In this document: in pieces, positions 25,596 to 38,818 of the stretch
How the letters are laid out: every line of letters begins with the position of its first letter
Position numbering within the stretch: position 1 is the stretch's first letter
The notes under the pieces: model-generated
Seen by the model: only the letters and a program-made list of their open reading frames with translations
Database searches by the model: none
What the model was told of the DNA's origin: nothing
Source of the DNA: Eledone cirrhosa
Taxonomy: Eukaryota
Reading direction: 5' to 3'
Length of the DNA: 64,000 bases
NCBI GenBank assembly: GCA_964016885.1
Contig: OZ024741.1
Location: 252,216,001 to 252,280,000, forward strand
Program-made: the position numbers and the translations under genes

Positions 25596-25867
25596 AAAGT
25601 GGGCAGGAAAAGAGTTCTGAGGGTGTGAGGGGGAGTCGTGGAAAGACATTAAATGGGGGGGGGGATTAAAAAGAGGGTAAAAAAATTGGGTAAAATATAT
25701 ATATTTTTTTTACCCTCTTTTTAATTTTTTTCCTCCCCTTTTTATATATATATATATATGTGTATATATATATATATATATACGTTATTCCGGGTTGAAT
25801 CGGAGGTAACCACAGTAAGTAAGGTACTCAATACATAGCAGAGTATAAAAGTTTTAATATAGATGGT

Positions 25868-26138
25868 CGCAAGGTGGTCGTGGAGGTGCCACGGCAAAAA
25901 AGCACCCAGCCCACACTGTAAAGTGGACGTGTAGGCGCCACGAAAAAGCACCCAGCACTCACTGTAAATGAGGTTGGTGTTACGAAGGGCATCCAGCTGT
26001 AGAAATCAAGCCAAATCAGTTCCTGTATGAGCAAGGCATGGTCAGCCGACCAGACACTGCCTACAACAGGACAACCCGTCTAACCCATGCTAGCGTGGAA
26101 GAATGGACGTAAAACGGTGATGATGATGATGATGATGA
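25868..26138 (+). mobile_element. RTE 3' UTR fragment
   Basis: Reverse complement of about 35623-35895, the 3' UTR of the 35.6-38.0 kb LINE. Ends in a (GAT)n tail. Confidence 0.9.
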
Positions 26139-26261
26139 GATTCTATATATATATATACACACACACATATATAATATACATAAGTATATATATATATTCA
26201 TTTAAAATCACTTATATATATAGAGAGAGAGAGAGAATTTACAAGGATCAAAGCTATGTTC

Positions 26262-26336
26262 AAAGCATTTATTCACTTACAATTGTTTCATCCAAACCTT
26301 GGCTTGGAGTCTTCGGAGCATTTTTCAATGCTTGTA
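26262..26336 (-). ncRNA. Type I hammerhead motif with U4C core change
   Basis: GCU-CCGAAGA-C-UCCAAGCC(AA)GGUUUGGA-U-GAA-AC(AAUU)GU-A^AGU, with distal helix I AAGCAUU/AAUGCUU. Confidence 0.6.
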
Positions 26337-27225
26337 CATATAATTGACCTCCTATCCAACGCAAGAGACATACAGATACATATATATATATATATTGATG
26401 TATAGTGGAGTGACATATATTATACTATACTATACTTGTACAGCAATTCAAATTCAAAATCAAAATTAAAATTAAAATTAAAATTAAAATTAAAATACAT
26501 GCGGCAGATAACACAGATAATGCAAGAGGATAGTTCGATAATCAGATCTAGTAGATAGTGTATGTGTTAGTCATACATGGAGCATGCAAGTGTGTCTCAT
26601 TTATATACGAGTATTGTGTGGTAAGGTGTTACATGTAATGCAAGCACCTTAATAAGGTAGTAATAAATTACTGATCTTCCCTGTTTATAGTTTAAAATAC
26701 ACATAACTATAAAAAGTTTAAAATATACATAATTATAAATAGTATCCTTAATATTATATATATATATATATATCATCTTCATCATCATTTTACGTCTGCT
26801 TTTCCCTGCTTGCAAGGGTGGGACGGGTCCTTTTCAGCACAGTATCTCTCCATACATATACTCATAATCATAATCACTGTTTAACATTAATGTTTCCATG
26901 TTAGCATAGGTTAGACAATTTGTCCTGTTGTGTAACTTAGGCCAGCTCAAGTGACCCCAACAGTATTGCTCCAACAGAACATATTTTGACTAAGTCTCTA
27001 CAGCTGGATGCCCTTCCTACAACCAACCACATTTACAATGAGTTCTGGGTGTTTTTTGTTGTAACACCTAAACGGCTACACTACAGTATGGGCTGGGTGC
27101 TTTTTGTCATGACAATTACACGACTGTTGAGCTCATGGCAGATCCTTTACTTTCACTGATATATATGTGTCTGTGTGTGTGCAATTGGCAGTATATGTGT
27201 GTATATATATAAACACATATATGAT

Positions 27226-27539
27226 GGAGGCACATGGCTTAGTGGTTAGAACATTGGGCTTGCAATCGAAAGGTTGTGAATTCAGATGTGTTGTTTACTT
27301 GAGCAAGACACTTTATTTCACATTGCTCCAGTTTACTCAGCTGTAGAAATGAGATGATAGGGACTGGGGTCCCTATCATTCCACTGCAAAGTGGTCGTGT
27401 AGGCGCCACGGAAAAAAAAGCACCCAGCACTCACTGTAAATGAGGTTGGTGTTAGGAAGGGCATCCAGCTGTAGAAATCAAGCCAGAATCAGTTCCAGGG
27501 AAAAGCAGACGTAAAATGATGATGATGATGATGATGATG
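27226..27539 (+). mobile_element. tRNA-derived SINE with RTE-derived tail
   Basis: Homologous to 13243-13585, with a (GAT)n tail. Confidence 0.85.
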
Positions 27540-27794
27540 TGTATATTTATGTCTACACCAGATAAAGACAAGTGCTGTATTTATGTCTTAGTACTTCCAT
27601 AAATAAGGTTCAATGATATAAATATCAAACATGTAGTACAGTGATTGATATGATCAGCTACACTCTTGAATGCTGTGTCTTAGAATGGCCACTGTCCAAT
27701 GAATGATACCAGTAAAAGAATATATATATATAAATGTGTGTGTGTGTATGTGTGTGTGTGTATATATGTGCATAAGTGTTTCTGTGTGTTTATG

Positions 27795-28850
27795 TAAGCA
27801 TGTATATATGTTATGTATTTATGTGTTATGTATGGTATGTATGTTTGTATATATGTATGGTATATATGGTATGTATGGTATGTATGGTATGTATGTATAT
27901 ATGTATATATGTTATGTATTTATGTGTTATGTATTTATGTGTTATGTATGGTATGTATGTTTGTATATATGTATGGTATGTATGGTATGTATGTATGGTA
28001 TATATGGTATGTATGGTATGTATGGTATGTATGGTATGTATCTATGTATGGTATGTATGTATATATGTATATATGTATATATGGTATGTATTTATGTGTT
28101 ATGTATGGTATGTATGTTTGTATATATGTATGGTATGTATGGTATGTATGGTATGTATGTATGTATGGTATGTTATGTATATATGTATATATGTTATGTA
28201 TATATGTGTTATGTATGGCATGTATGTCTGTATATATGTATGTATGTATGTATGGTATGTATGTATGTATGTATGTATGTATGGTATGTATGTATGTATG
28301 GTATGTATATATGTATGGTATGTATGCTATATATGTATGTATGGTATATATGTATGTATGGTATGTATGGTATATATATATGTATGTATGGTATATATGG
28401 TATATATGGTATGTATGTATGGTACGTATGGTATATATGGTATATATGGTATGTATGTATGGTATGGTATGTATGCTATATATGTATGTATGGTATGTAT
28501 GTATGTATGGTATATATGCTATATATATATATGTATGGTATGTATGTATGGTATATATGTATGTATGGTATGGTATGTATGTATATATGGTATATATGGT
28601 ATATATGGTATATATGTATGCATGGTATGTATGTATGGTATATATGCTATATATATATATGTATGGTATGTATGTATGGTATGTATGTATGTATGGTATG
28701 GTATGTATGTATATATGTATGTATGGTATGGTATGTATGTATGTATGGTATATATGTATAGTATGTATGTATGGTATATATGATATATATGTGTGTATGG
28801 TATGTATGGTATATATGTATATATGGTATGGTATGTATGTATATATGTAT
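27795..28850. repeat. (TATG)/(TATGG) compound microsatellite
   Basis: Direct reading of the sequence. Confidence 0.95.
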
Positions 28851-29052
28851 TTAATTTTAGTGAGTAGTTTCCAGAGTTAAGTATGTTCCAGTTATAGCAA
28901 CTGTTACAGGTAGGACTGAAACAGAATCATCAAAGTATAGAATATAATGATTTCTTCTTCCTGAAAAATAGTTGATTTTTATTCTGAATATTTTGTTTCT
29001 ATAGACAAACATACAAGAAAATTATAAATATATATACTTTATATGTATTTAT

Positions 29053-29135
<83 letters not shown>

Positions 29136-29289
29136 TATATATATATACATAGATATATACACATACATATATATATAATCATATAATATATACATACATA
29201 TATATATATATACATATATACACATATGCATACATATACACATATATATATATATATATATACATATATATACACATATGCATACATAT

Positions 29290-29325
<36 letters not shown>

Positions 29326-29327
<2 letters not shown>

Positions 29328-29521
29328 GTTATTCCGGGTTGAATCGGAGGTAACCACAGTAAGTAAGGTACTCAATACATAGCAGAGTATAACAGTTTTA
29401 ATATAGATGAGATTCTACAGGACTAGAACTGTTTCATTCATTAGAAATCATCAGGAATCCCTGATGATTTCTAATGAATGAAACAGTTCTAGTCCTGTAG
29501 AATCTCATCTATATTAAAACT
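29326..29521. mobile_element. Family A fold-back copy; hammerhead at 29411-29459 (-)
   Basis: 62-bp perfect arms, 29394-29455 and 29460-29521. Motif GAUUC-CUGAUGA-U-UUC(UAAU)GAA-U-GAA-ACAG..CUGU-A^GAAUC. Confidence 0.85.
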
Positions 29522-29609
29522 ATATGTATATATATATATATATATACATATATATACATATACATATATATACATACACATATATATATATATACATATA
29601 TATAAACAT

Positions 29610-29654
<45 letters not shown>

Positions 29655-29671
29655 TAAATATATACACACAC

Positions 29672-29721
<50 letters not shown>

Positions 29722-29930
29722 TTATTATATATATGTGCGTGTATATGTGTGTGCATACATATGTCAATATATATATATATGTGTATATGTATATATATAT
29801 ATATGTGTAGATGTATATATATCTATGTGTATACGTGTATATGCATATAATTATGTATATATATGTATATATATGTATATATATGTATATGTGTATATAT
29901 GTATACCTTTGTATATATATGTGTGTATAG

Positions 29931-29993
<63 letters not shown>

Positions 29994-30089
29994 TCTGTAT
30001 ATATATATATATTGATATATGTGATTTATTCTAGTCATTATTTTTCAGATTTTATTCCGTCTCAGTTAATTTAGCAAGTACAATATATA

Positions 30090-32455
30090 CAACACCACCT
30101 CAAGACCACACTAAACCACACCACCACACTACACCACCACACTACACCACCACACAACCACACTACACCACATACAGCAACTACACAACCACACTACACC
30201 GCCACACAACCACACTACACCACATACAGCAACTACACAACCACACTACACCACCACACAACCACACTACACCACCACACAACCACACTACACCACATAC
30301 AGCAACTACACCACTACACCATACTAGACCACACAACCACACTACACCACACTACACCACACCACATACAGCAACTACACCACTACACCACACTAGACCA
30401 CACAACCACACTACACCACATACAGCAACTACACCACTACACCACACTAAACCACACCACCACACTACACCACACTACACAACATACATCAACTACACAA
30501 CCACACTACACCACACCACATACAGCAACTACACCACTACACCACACTAGACCACACAACCACACTACACCACATACAGCAACTACACCACTACACCACA
30601 CTAAACCACACCACCACACTACACCACACTACACCACATACATAAACTACACAACCACACTACACCACACCACATACAGCAACTACACCACTACACCACA
30701 CTAGACTACACAACCACACTACACCACATACAGCAATTACACCACCACACCACACTAAACAACACCACCACACTACACCACACCACTTACAGCAACTACA
30801 CCACCACACCACACTAAACCACACCACCACACTACACCACACTACACCACATACATCAACTACACAACCACGCTACACCACACCACATACAGCAACTACA
30901 CCACTACACCACACTAGACCACACAACCACACTAGACCACACAACCACACTACACCACACCACATACAGCAACTACACCACCACACTACACCACACCACA
31001 TACAGCAACTACACCACTACACCACACTAAACCACACAACTGCACTACACCACACCACATACACCAACTACACCACCACACCACATACACCAACTACACC
31101 ACCACACTACACTAAACAACGCCACCACACTACACCACACCACATACAGCAACTACACCACCACACCACACTAGACCACACAACCACACTACACCACACC
31201 ACATACAGCAACTACACCACCACACCACACCACCACACTACACCACACCACCACACCACTCCCAACAGTCACACTACAATTACACAACCACACACCACAT
31301 ACAGCAACTACACCACACTAAACCACACAACCACACCACTCCCAACAGCCACACTACATACATCACCACATGACACAGACACCAATTGCTCCACCACACC
31401 ACACACATCATCAACACACCAAAACAACCATTCATGACAACCCCCAACCCAACAGCACAGTAGAACACCACCAGCACCACCAACATACTAACACCACTGA
31501 CACCACCAACACAACAAAACCACTAACACCACCAACACCACCAACAGCACCAACACCACCGACAACACTATCTCCACCAACACCACCGACAACACTAACA
31601 CCACAACACCACCAACACCACCAACATACTAACACCACTGACACCACCAACACAACAAAACCACTGACACCACCAACACCACCAACAGCACCAACACCAC
31701 CGACAACACTATCTCCACCAACACCACCAACAGCACCAACACCACCGACAACACTATCTCCACCAACACCACCAACACCACCGACAACACTATCTCCACT
31801 AACACCACCAACACCACCGACACCAACACCACCAACACCACCAACACCACCAACACTATCCAACACCACCGACAACACTAACACCACCAACACCTCCAAC
31901 ACTACCAACACCACCAACACCACAAACACCACCAACACCACCAACACCACCGACAGTACCAACACCACCAACAGCACCAACACCACCGACAACACTAACA
32001 CCACAACACCACCAACACCACCGACAGTACCAACACCACCAACAGCACCAACACCACCGACAACACTAACACCACAACACCACCAACACCACCGACAACA
32101 CTAACACCACCAACACTACCAACACCACCGACAACACTAACACCACAACACCACCAACACCACCGACAACACTAACACCACCAACACTACCAACACCACC
32201 GACAACACTAACACCACCAACACTACCAACACCACCGACAACACTATCACCACTCCCAGTACCACTTACAATATCGACACACCACCACCAACACCACCTA
32301 CACCACTGACACCACCTACACCACCAACACCACCTACACCACAACACCACACCAGCACTCCCAACACCACACGCAATATCAGCATTACAAGCAACAACAA
32401 TAACAACAGCACAAGTAATAACAACACACAACATCAACCACAACAACCACAACAA
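30090..32455. repeat. (CACAC/CACTA)n then (ACC/AAC)n degenerate tandem repeats
   Basis: Direct reading of the sequence. Confidence 0.95.
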
Positions 32456-32739
32456 CCCAGTCCACTTCTAAGCAGAAATGTGTAAAGTTTGTAACCAAAA
32501 TTGTGCACTTACCTTACAGAAATACATCATAGTGTGTTGCAGCAATATATATATTTACAGTCACTGTTGCAATTCTTTTACAAATAATGTGTGCATCAAT
32601 ATATATTAATGTCCACTTTCGTCCATACACAGCATCTTTATTCATAAAATGCACTTATCTGTTATACACTGCACATGTATGTCATATACTGCAAGTTTCT
32701 GTCATACACATCAAAATGTGTGTACACATACATACATAC

Positions 32740-32839
<100 letters not shown>

Positions 32840-33566
32840 GCCTGCAATATACCTCTGCAACTTTTTCAAACACAATCTAATTGATGTGCACAGAATGCAT
32901 GTAACTTGCAAACACTGCAACAAACTTTTATGCAGTGCACCTGCCCAGGGCAGATGGTACCAAACTTTTTTATTAATATGTGCACCTGCTAAGCACTGAT
33001 GTTGAAATGCACAAACTACATCTATAAAGCCTAAAATACAGTTACATTCTATATAGTGCAGCTGTGTTTTATAAAGTGCAGCTGTTGTCCCATACAATAC
33101 AGCTGTCTTCTATACCGTGCAGCTGGCTCGCACACGATGCAAAAAAACTGCTGACTTTACAAATATGGTCTTAGCTATTTTTCACTGTACTGTAAAGGTG
33201 GGGGGAGATGCTGACTATGTGTGTATGTCTGTGTGTGTACCGGTGTGTCTGTGTGTCTGTGTGTTTGTGTGTTTGTGTGTGTAGATTTGTTTTTGCGTGT
33301 ATAGGTAGGTGTGTTTGTGTTTGTGGCTGTGTGCTTGTGTCTGTGTGTTTGCACGTGTTTATGTAAGTTTGTGTGTATGAGTGTGTAAGATTCTGTCTGT
33401 GTTTGTGTTTGTAAGTGTATCTACCTATGTATATTTGTAAATGAGAATGTGTATGTGTGTGTTTGTATGTGTGTATATGTTTATATATATATATATATAT
33501 ATATGTATGTACATATATATCTCTTCATGTAAATATATATATATATATATATACACACACACTCAC

Positions 33567-33607
<41 letters not shown>

Positions 33608-33811
33608 TATATATAAATATATAGATGTATATATAATTATATGTACATATATATATGTATATATATACACACACATATTTATATATATACATATATTTAT
33701 TTATTTACAAATTCACTCCCATTTAAGATATGCATATATATATACACACACACTCACACACACACATATATATATATATCTTAAATGGGAGTATGTGTGT
33801 GTGTAAATATA

Positions 33812-33845
<34 letters not shown>

Positions 33846-33977
33846 ATGTATGTATATATACATATATAAATATATGTCTGTATATATATGTACATATAAT
33901 TATATATAGATGTATACATATATATAACACAATATATATATACACATACAATCACACTCACCACACACACATGTATA

Positions 33978-34023
<46 letters not shown>

Positions 34024-34044
34024 CATGAATACATATATATGTAC

Positions 34045-34089
<45 letters not shown>

Positions 34090-34231
34090 CATGAATACAT
34101 ATATATGTACATTTCCAATATATGTATATGTATATATGTACATATATATGTACATATATATGTACATATATACATATATATACATATATACATATATATG
34201 TACATATATATATATGTACATATATATGTAC

Positions 34232-34279
<48 letters not shown>

Positions 34280-34307
34280 ATATACATATATATGAATATA
34301 TATATAT

Positions 34308-34351
<44 letters not shown>

Positions 34352-34510
34352 TTACATATGTAAATGTTAAATTTCTTATAAAGCCAAAATAATCATTGAA
34401 TGTATGTGTCTTTATATGTCTGTCTATAAATCTATCTGTCTATCTATATATTTATCTATCTATCTATCTATATATTTATCTATCTATCTATCTATCTATT
34501 AACTAACTTT

Positions 34511-35110
34511 TAAATTCCATCTGTGATAACATTTTACACGTTTTTATTGTATGTAAACTTCCCCCTTTGTATTTGTCCCCTTCTTTTGTGCCCCTGTGGC
34601 TAATAAAGAAATATATCTATTAATCTTTTCCGTTTCTTCCGATATCATTTCGGAAGAGAGATCAGGATGGAGAGGGAGAGATGCTCAACCCCAGTCGTTT
34701 TTATGAAAGGTGGGTGAAAGTGGCGAGAATGGCCCGTGTGAATGGGCCTTCTCTCTACATCAGCCTGTAGGTGGAAGGCCCTTGTGAATGGGCCTTCTCT
34801 CTACATCAGCCTGTAGGTGGAAAAGAGGAAGGAACGAGGAGCACACTCTCTCTGTGCTCCTGAGGAGAAGCGGTTGCACACTTTTTTCGGGGGGGTTTGC
34901 TACCCCTCAACCGCCCCCAGACTCCCCCCTTGTATTTGTCCCCTTCTTTTGCGCCCTAGTGGCAATAAATAGAAATCTATCTATCTATCTATCTATCTAC
35001 TAAATTCCATCTGTGATAACATTTTACACGTTTTTATTGTATGTAAACTTCCCCCTTTGTATTTGTCCCCTTCTTTTGTGCCCCTGTGGCTAATAAAGAA
35101 ATATATCTAT
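34511..35110 (+). mobile_element. Stacked 3' ends of an L1/Tx1-like LINE in (TCTA)n
   Basis: An identical block of about 110 bp at 34511-34620 and 35001-35110. The middle piece encodes FFRYHFGREIRMEREMLNPSRFYERWVKVARMARV. Each piece ends with AATAAA followed by (TCTA)n. Confidence 0.6.
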
Positions 35111-35164
35111 CTACCTATCTTTTTGTCTGTCTGTCAGTGTGTGTTTCACTAGGTGTACAAGTAA

Positions 35165-35197
<33 letters not shown>

Positions 35198-35234
35198 GAT
35201 ACTTGTATATATGTTATATATGTGTATTTTCCTA

Positions 35235-35306
<72 letters not shown>

Positions 35307-35343
35307 GATACTTGTATATATGTTATATATGTGTATTTTCCTA

Positions 35344-35389
<46 letters not shown>

Positions 35390-35462
35390 TATATATATAT
35401 ATATAATTATATATATATACATATAGATACTTGTATATATGATATATATGTGTATTTTCCTA

Positions 35463-35528
<66 letters not shown>

Positions 35529-35622
35529 TATATAATTATAGAAAAATACACATATATAAGATATATACACAAATACATATACATACGGATAGACACACAC
35601 ATACACCTATATATAAGTATAT

Positions 35623-38037
35623 ATCATCATCATCATCATCATCACCGTTTTACGTCCGTTCTTCCACGCTAGCATGGGTTAGACGGGTTGTCCTGTTGTG
35701 GGCAGTGTCTGGTCGGCTGACCATGCCTTGCTCATACAGGAACTGATCTGGCTTGATTTCTACAGCTGGATGCCCTTCCTAACACCAACCTCATTTACAG
35801 TGAGTGCTGGGTGCTTTTTCGTGGCGCCTACACGTCCACTTTACAGTGTGGGCTGGGTGCTTTTTTTGCCGTGGCACCTCCACGACCACCTTGCGGTGGG
35901 GGGGGGGGGGGCATATTGTTTATATGCTTCAGCATGTACCCATGGGAGGTCGGGTACCCTGTATTACTGCGTGACGCCAGAAGTCACGGTCGTGTGTCAT
36001 TGACTTTGAGAGGTGTAGTTGGGTAAGGTCGGCTTTTATCACCTCATCCCAAGTCATCTTGGGTCTCCCCACTCCGCGGTTTCCATCAACTTCTAGTGCT
36101 CTGCACCTTTTTATGCAGCTGTCATCCTTCATACGCATCACATGTCCATACCAGCGTAACCGCCTCTCCTGCACGCAGCATTTGATTCCTCTTATGCTCA
36201 GTCTCTCTCTCAATTCATTTATGCTTTGTCGTTCACGTATATTACTGTTACACATCCATCGGAGCATGCAGGCTTCGTTTCTCTCTAATCTACGTAAGTC
36301 TTCCACCTTCAGCGCCCAGGTCTCACTACCATGCAACATCGCTGTTCGGATACACGCATCATACAGTCTGCCTTTCATTCTGAGGGAGAAGCCTTTTGCA
36401 GCTAGCAGTGGTAGTAGTTCCCTAAACTTCTTCCATCCCGTTCTTACCCTAGTTATTGTACTTTCTGAGCACCCACCTCCGTTGCTAATTCGGTCACCTA
36501 GGTAGCAGAAGCTGTCTACTGTTTCTACAGGGCCCTCCCAGAGATTGGTGGTACTTGTTTCCTGTGGCTGTTTGCTTGCTGTTTCAGCACAGCTGCTGCA
36601 TGTGAATCCTACATTCTTAATTAAGCTTCCTGAGATCCCGCTACATCTCTTGTGTACCCATTGTTTGCATTTGGGGCAAAGAATGGAGTTCCTACCTACA
36701 CCTTTCCTACATACTGAGCAAGGCCATTTCCCTGAGGGGATCTGGGTTCTGTTTTCTCGTCTACTTATAAGGACCTTAGTCTTTGTCATGTTGACTTTGA
36801 GGCCCTTTCTCTCTAGTCCCTGCTTCCAGGTTTGGAATTTATTCTCTAGTTCTACCATAGATTCAGCTATGAGTGCGAGGTCATCAGCATACAGGAGTTC
36901 CCATGGGCATCCGGTCTTAAACTCCTCCGTTATTGCCTGCAGGACTATGATGAACAGGAGAGGGCTAAGAACAGAGCCCTGGTGGACCCCAACCTGTACG
37001 CTAAATTCCTCGCTATACTCATTGCCAATCCTAACTTTGCTGACTGCTCCCCTATACATGGCTTGTACCGCTTTCACAAGCCATTCATCTACTCCTAGTT
37101 TTCTAAGAGCCCACCAGATTACTGCACGTGGAACTCTGTCAAAGGCTTTCTCAAGGTCGACAAATGCCAAGTAGAGTGGCTTACTTTTAGCTAGGTACTT
37201 TTCCTGTAATTGCCTCACAAGGAAGAGCGCATCAGTGGTGCCTTTCCCTGGAACAAACCCAAATTGCATCTCGTCTATATTCACCCGGTCCCTAATCAGC
37301 TGTGCTATAACTCTTTCTGTTACTTTCATGACCTGGTCCATCAACTTTATACCTCTATAGTTTCCTCTATCTAGTGCATCGCCTTTACCTTTGTAGCAGT
37401 TGACAATGATGCTACTGCACCAATCTTTTGGTATGGCCCCCTCTAGTATTACCTGGTTAACGATACGTGTGGTTATAGTGTGACCTACAGACCCAGATGC
37501 CTTCAGCATCTCGGCAGCTATACCCGATGGACCGGTTGCCTTCCCTATCTTCATATCTCTGATTGCCTTACTTACTACGCTGCCGCTGACTTGTACTGCT
37601 GGTCCCTCTATAGGGTCTACGTGGGGTAGGGTCTCTTCTTCCCATGCATTCTCCTCATTTAGTAATCTATCATAATGACTCTTCCATGCATCTTTCTTCT
37701 CAGCACTTGTGAGGGCAAGCTCACCTTTATCATTCCGGATACACTTCTCTCCAATGACATCACAACTATCTCTGACACACTGCCTCGCAATCTTGAATAC
37801 CTCCTGTTTCTGGTCCTCACGTTGTAAAACATGCTTGAATTTTCTATCCTCTGCTTCCCTCCTAGCTAAGTATACTTGTCGCCTAGCTTCCCTCTTGGTC
37901 TCTATGTAATGTACCCTGCTCCCCCCGTTCTTCCATTCTTTCCATGCCTGTCTCTTGGCCTTGACTGCTTCATCTACCTTATTGTTCCACCACCAAGTCA
38001 CTCTCCTCCTGCTTGAGGTCTTACTCCAGCCACAAAC

Positions 38038-38041
<4 letters not shown>
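35623..38041 (-). mobile_element. 5'-truncated RTE LINE (second subfamily)
   Basis: Open RT frame, about 300-bp 3' UTR and (GAT)n tail. Truncated before the APE domain at (TA)n. Confidence 0.96.
35929..38001 (-). CDS. RTE reverse transcriptase with PHD-type finger, N-terminally truncated
   Basis: NYRGIKL, DLEKAFDRVPR, GVHQGSVLSP, LLYADD, CSVC..CPKC..WVHKRC..CSSC and FCYLG. Confidence 0.92.
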   Translation of the reverse strand: MTWWWNNKVDEAVKAKRQAWKEWKNGGSRVHYIETKREARRQVYLARREAEDRKFKHVLQREDQKQEVFKIARQCVRDSCDVIGEKCIRNDKGELALTSAEKKDAWKSHYDRLLNEENAWEEETLPHVDPIEGPAVQVSGSVVSKAIRDMKIGKATGPSGIAAEMLKASGSVGHTITTRIVNQVILEGAIPKDWCSSIIVNCYKGKGDALDRGNYRGIKLMDQVMKVTERVIAQLIRDRVNIDEMQFGFVPGKGTTDALFLVRQLQEKYLAKSKPLYLAFVDLEKAFDRVPRAVIWWALRKLGVDEWLVKAVQAMYRGAVSKVRIGNEYSEEFSVQVGVHQGSVLSPLLFIIVLQAITEEFKTGCPWELLYADDLALIAESMVELENKFQTWKQGLERKGLKVNMTKTKVLISRRENRTQIPSGKWPCSVCRKGVGRNSILCPKCKQWVHKRCSGISGSLIKNVGFTCSSCAETASKQPQETSTTNLWEGPVETVDSFCYLGDRISNGGGCSESTITRVRTGWKKFRELLPLLAAKGFSLRMKGRLYDACIRTAMLHGSETWALKVEDLRRLERNEACMLRWMCNSNIRERQSINELRERLSIRGIKCCVQERRLRWYGHVMRMKDDSCIKRCRALEVDGNRGVGRPKMTWDEVIKADLTQLHLSKSMTHDRDFWRHAVIQGTRPPMGTC

Positions 38042-38087
<46 letters not shown>

Positions 38088-38277
38088 TGTGTGTCTGTGT
38101 GTGTCTGTTTAAGTGTATGTGTGTGTATGTCTGTCTGCTGTATGTTCTATATAAGTGTATTGACTGGTCACTGTACGAGTGACTATATATGTGTTAGTAT
38201 GTATAATACTACTAATGTGGTGGTGGGTATGCATGTGACTCTCTCCCCCTTCCTCTCTCTTTCTTTCCCCTTTCTTA

Positions 38278-38775
38278 TCTATCACTCTATATATCTGTGT
38301 GTATATATATGTGTGTGTGTGTATATATATATGTGTGTGTGTGTTTACATCACTCTATATATCTGTGTGTATATATATGTGTGTGTATGTTTACATCACT
38401 CTATATATCTGTGTGTATATATGTGTGTGTGTATATATAGGTGTGTGTGTGTATATATGTGTGTGTGTGTTTACATCACTCTATATATGTGTGTGTATAT
38501 ATATGTGTGTGTTTACATCACTCTATATATCTGTGTGTATATATATATATGTTTGTGTGTGTTTACATCACTATATATCTGTGTATATATATGTGTGTGT
38601 GTGTGTGTTTACATCACTCTATATATCTGTGTGTATATATATGTGTGTGTGTGTTTACATCACTCTATATATCTGTGTGTATATATGTATATATGTGTGT
38701 GTTTACATCACTCTATATATCTGTGTGTATATATATGTGTGTGTGTGTTTACATCACTCTATATATCTGTGTGTA

Positions 38776-38818
<43 letters not shown>

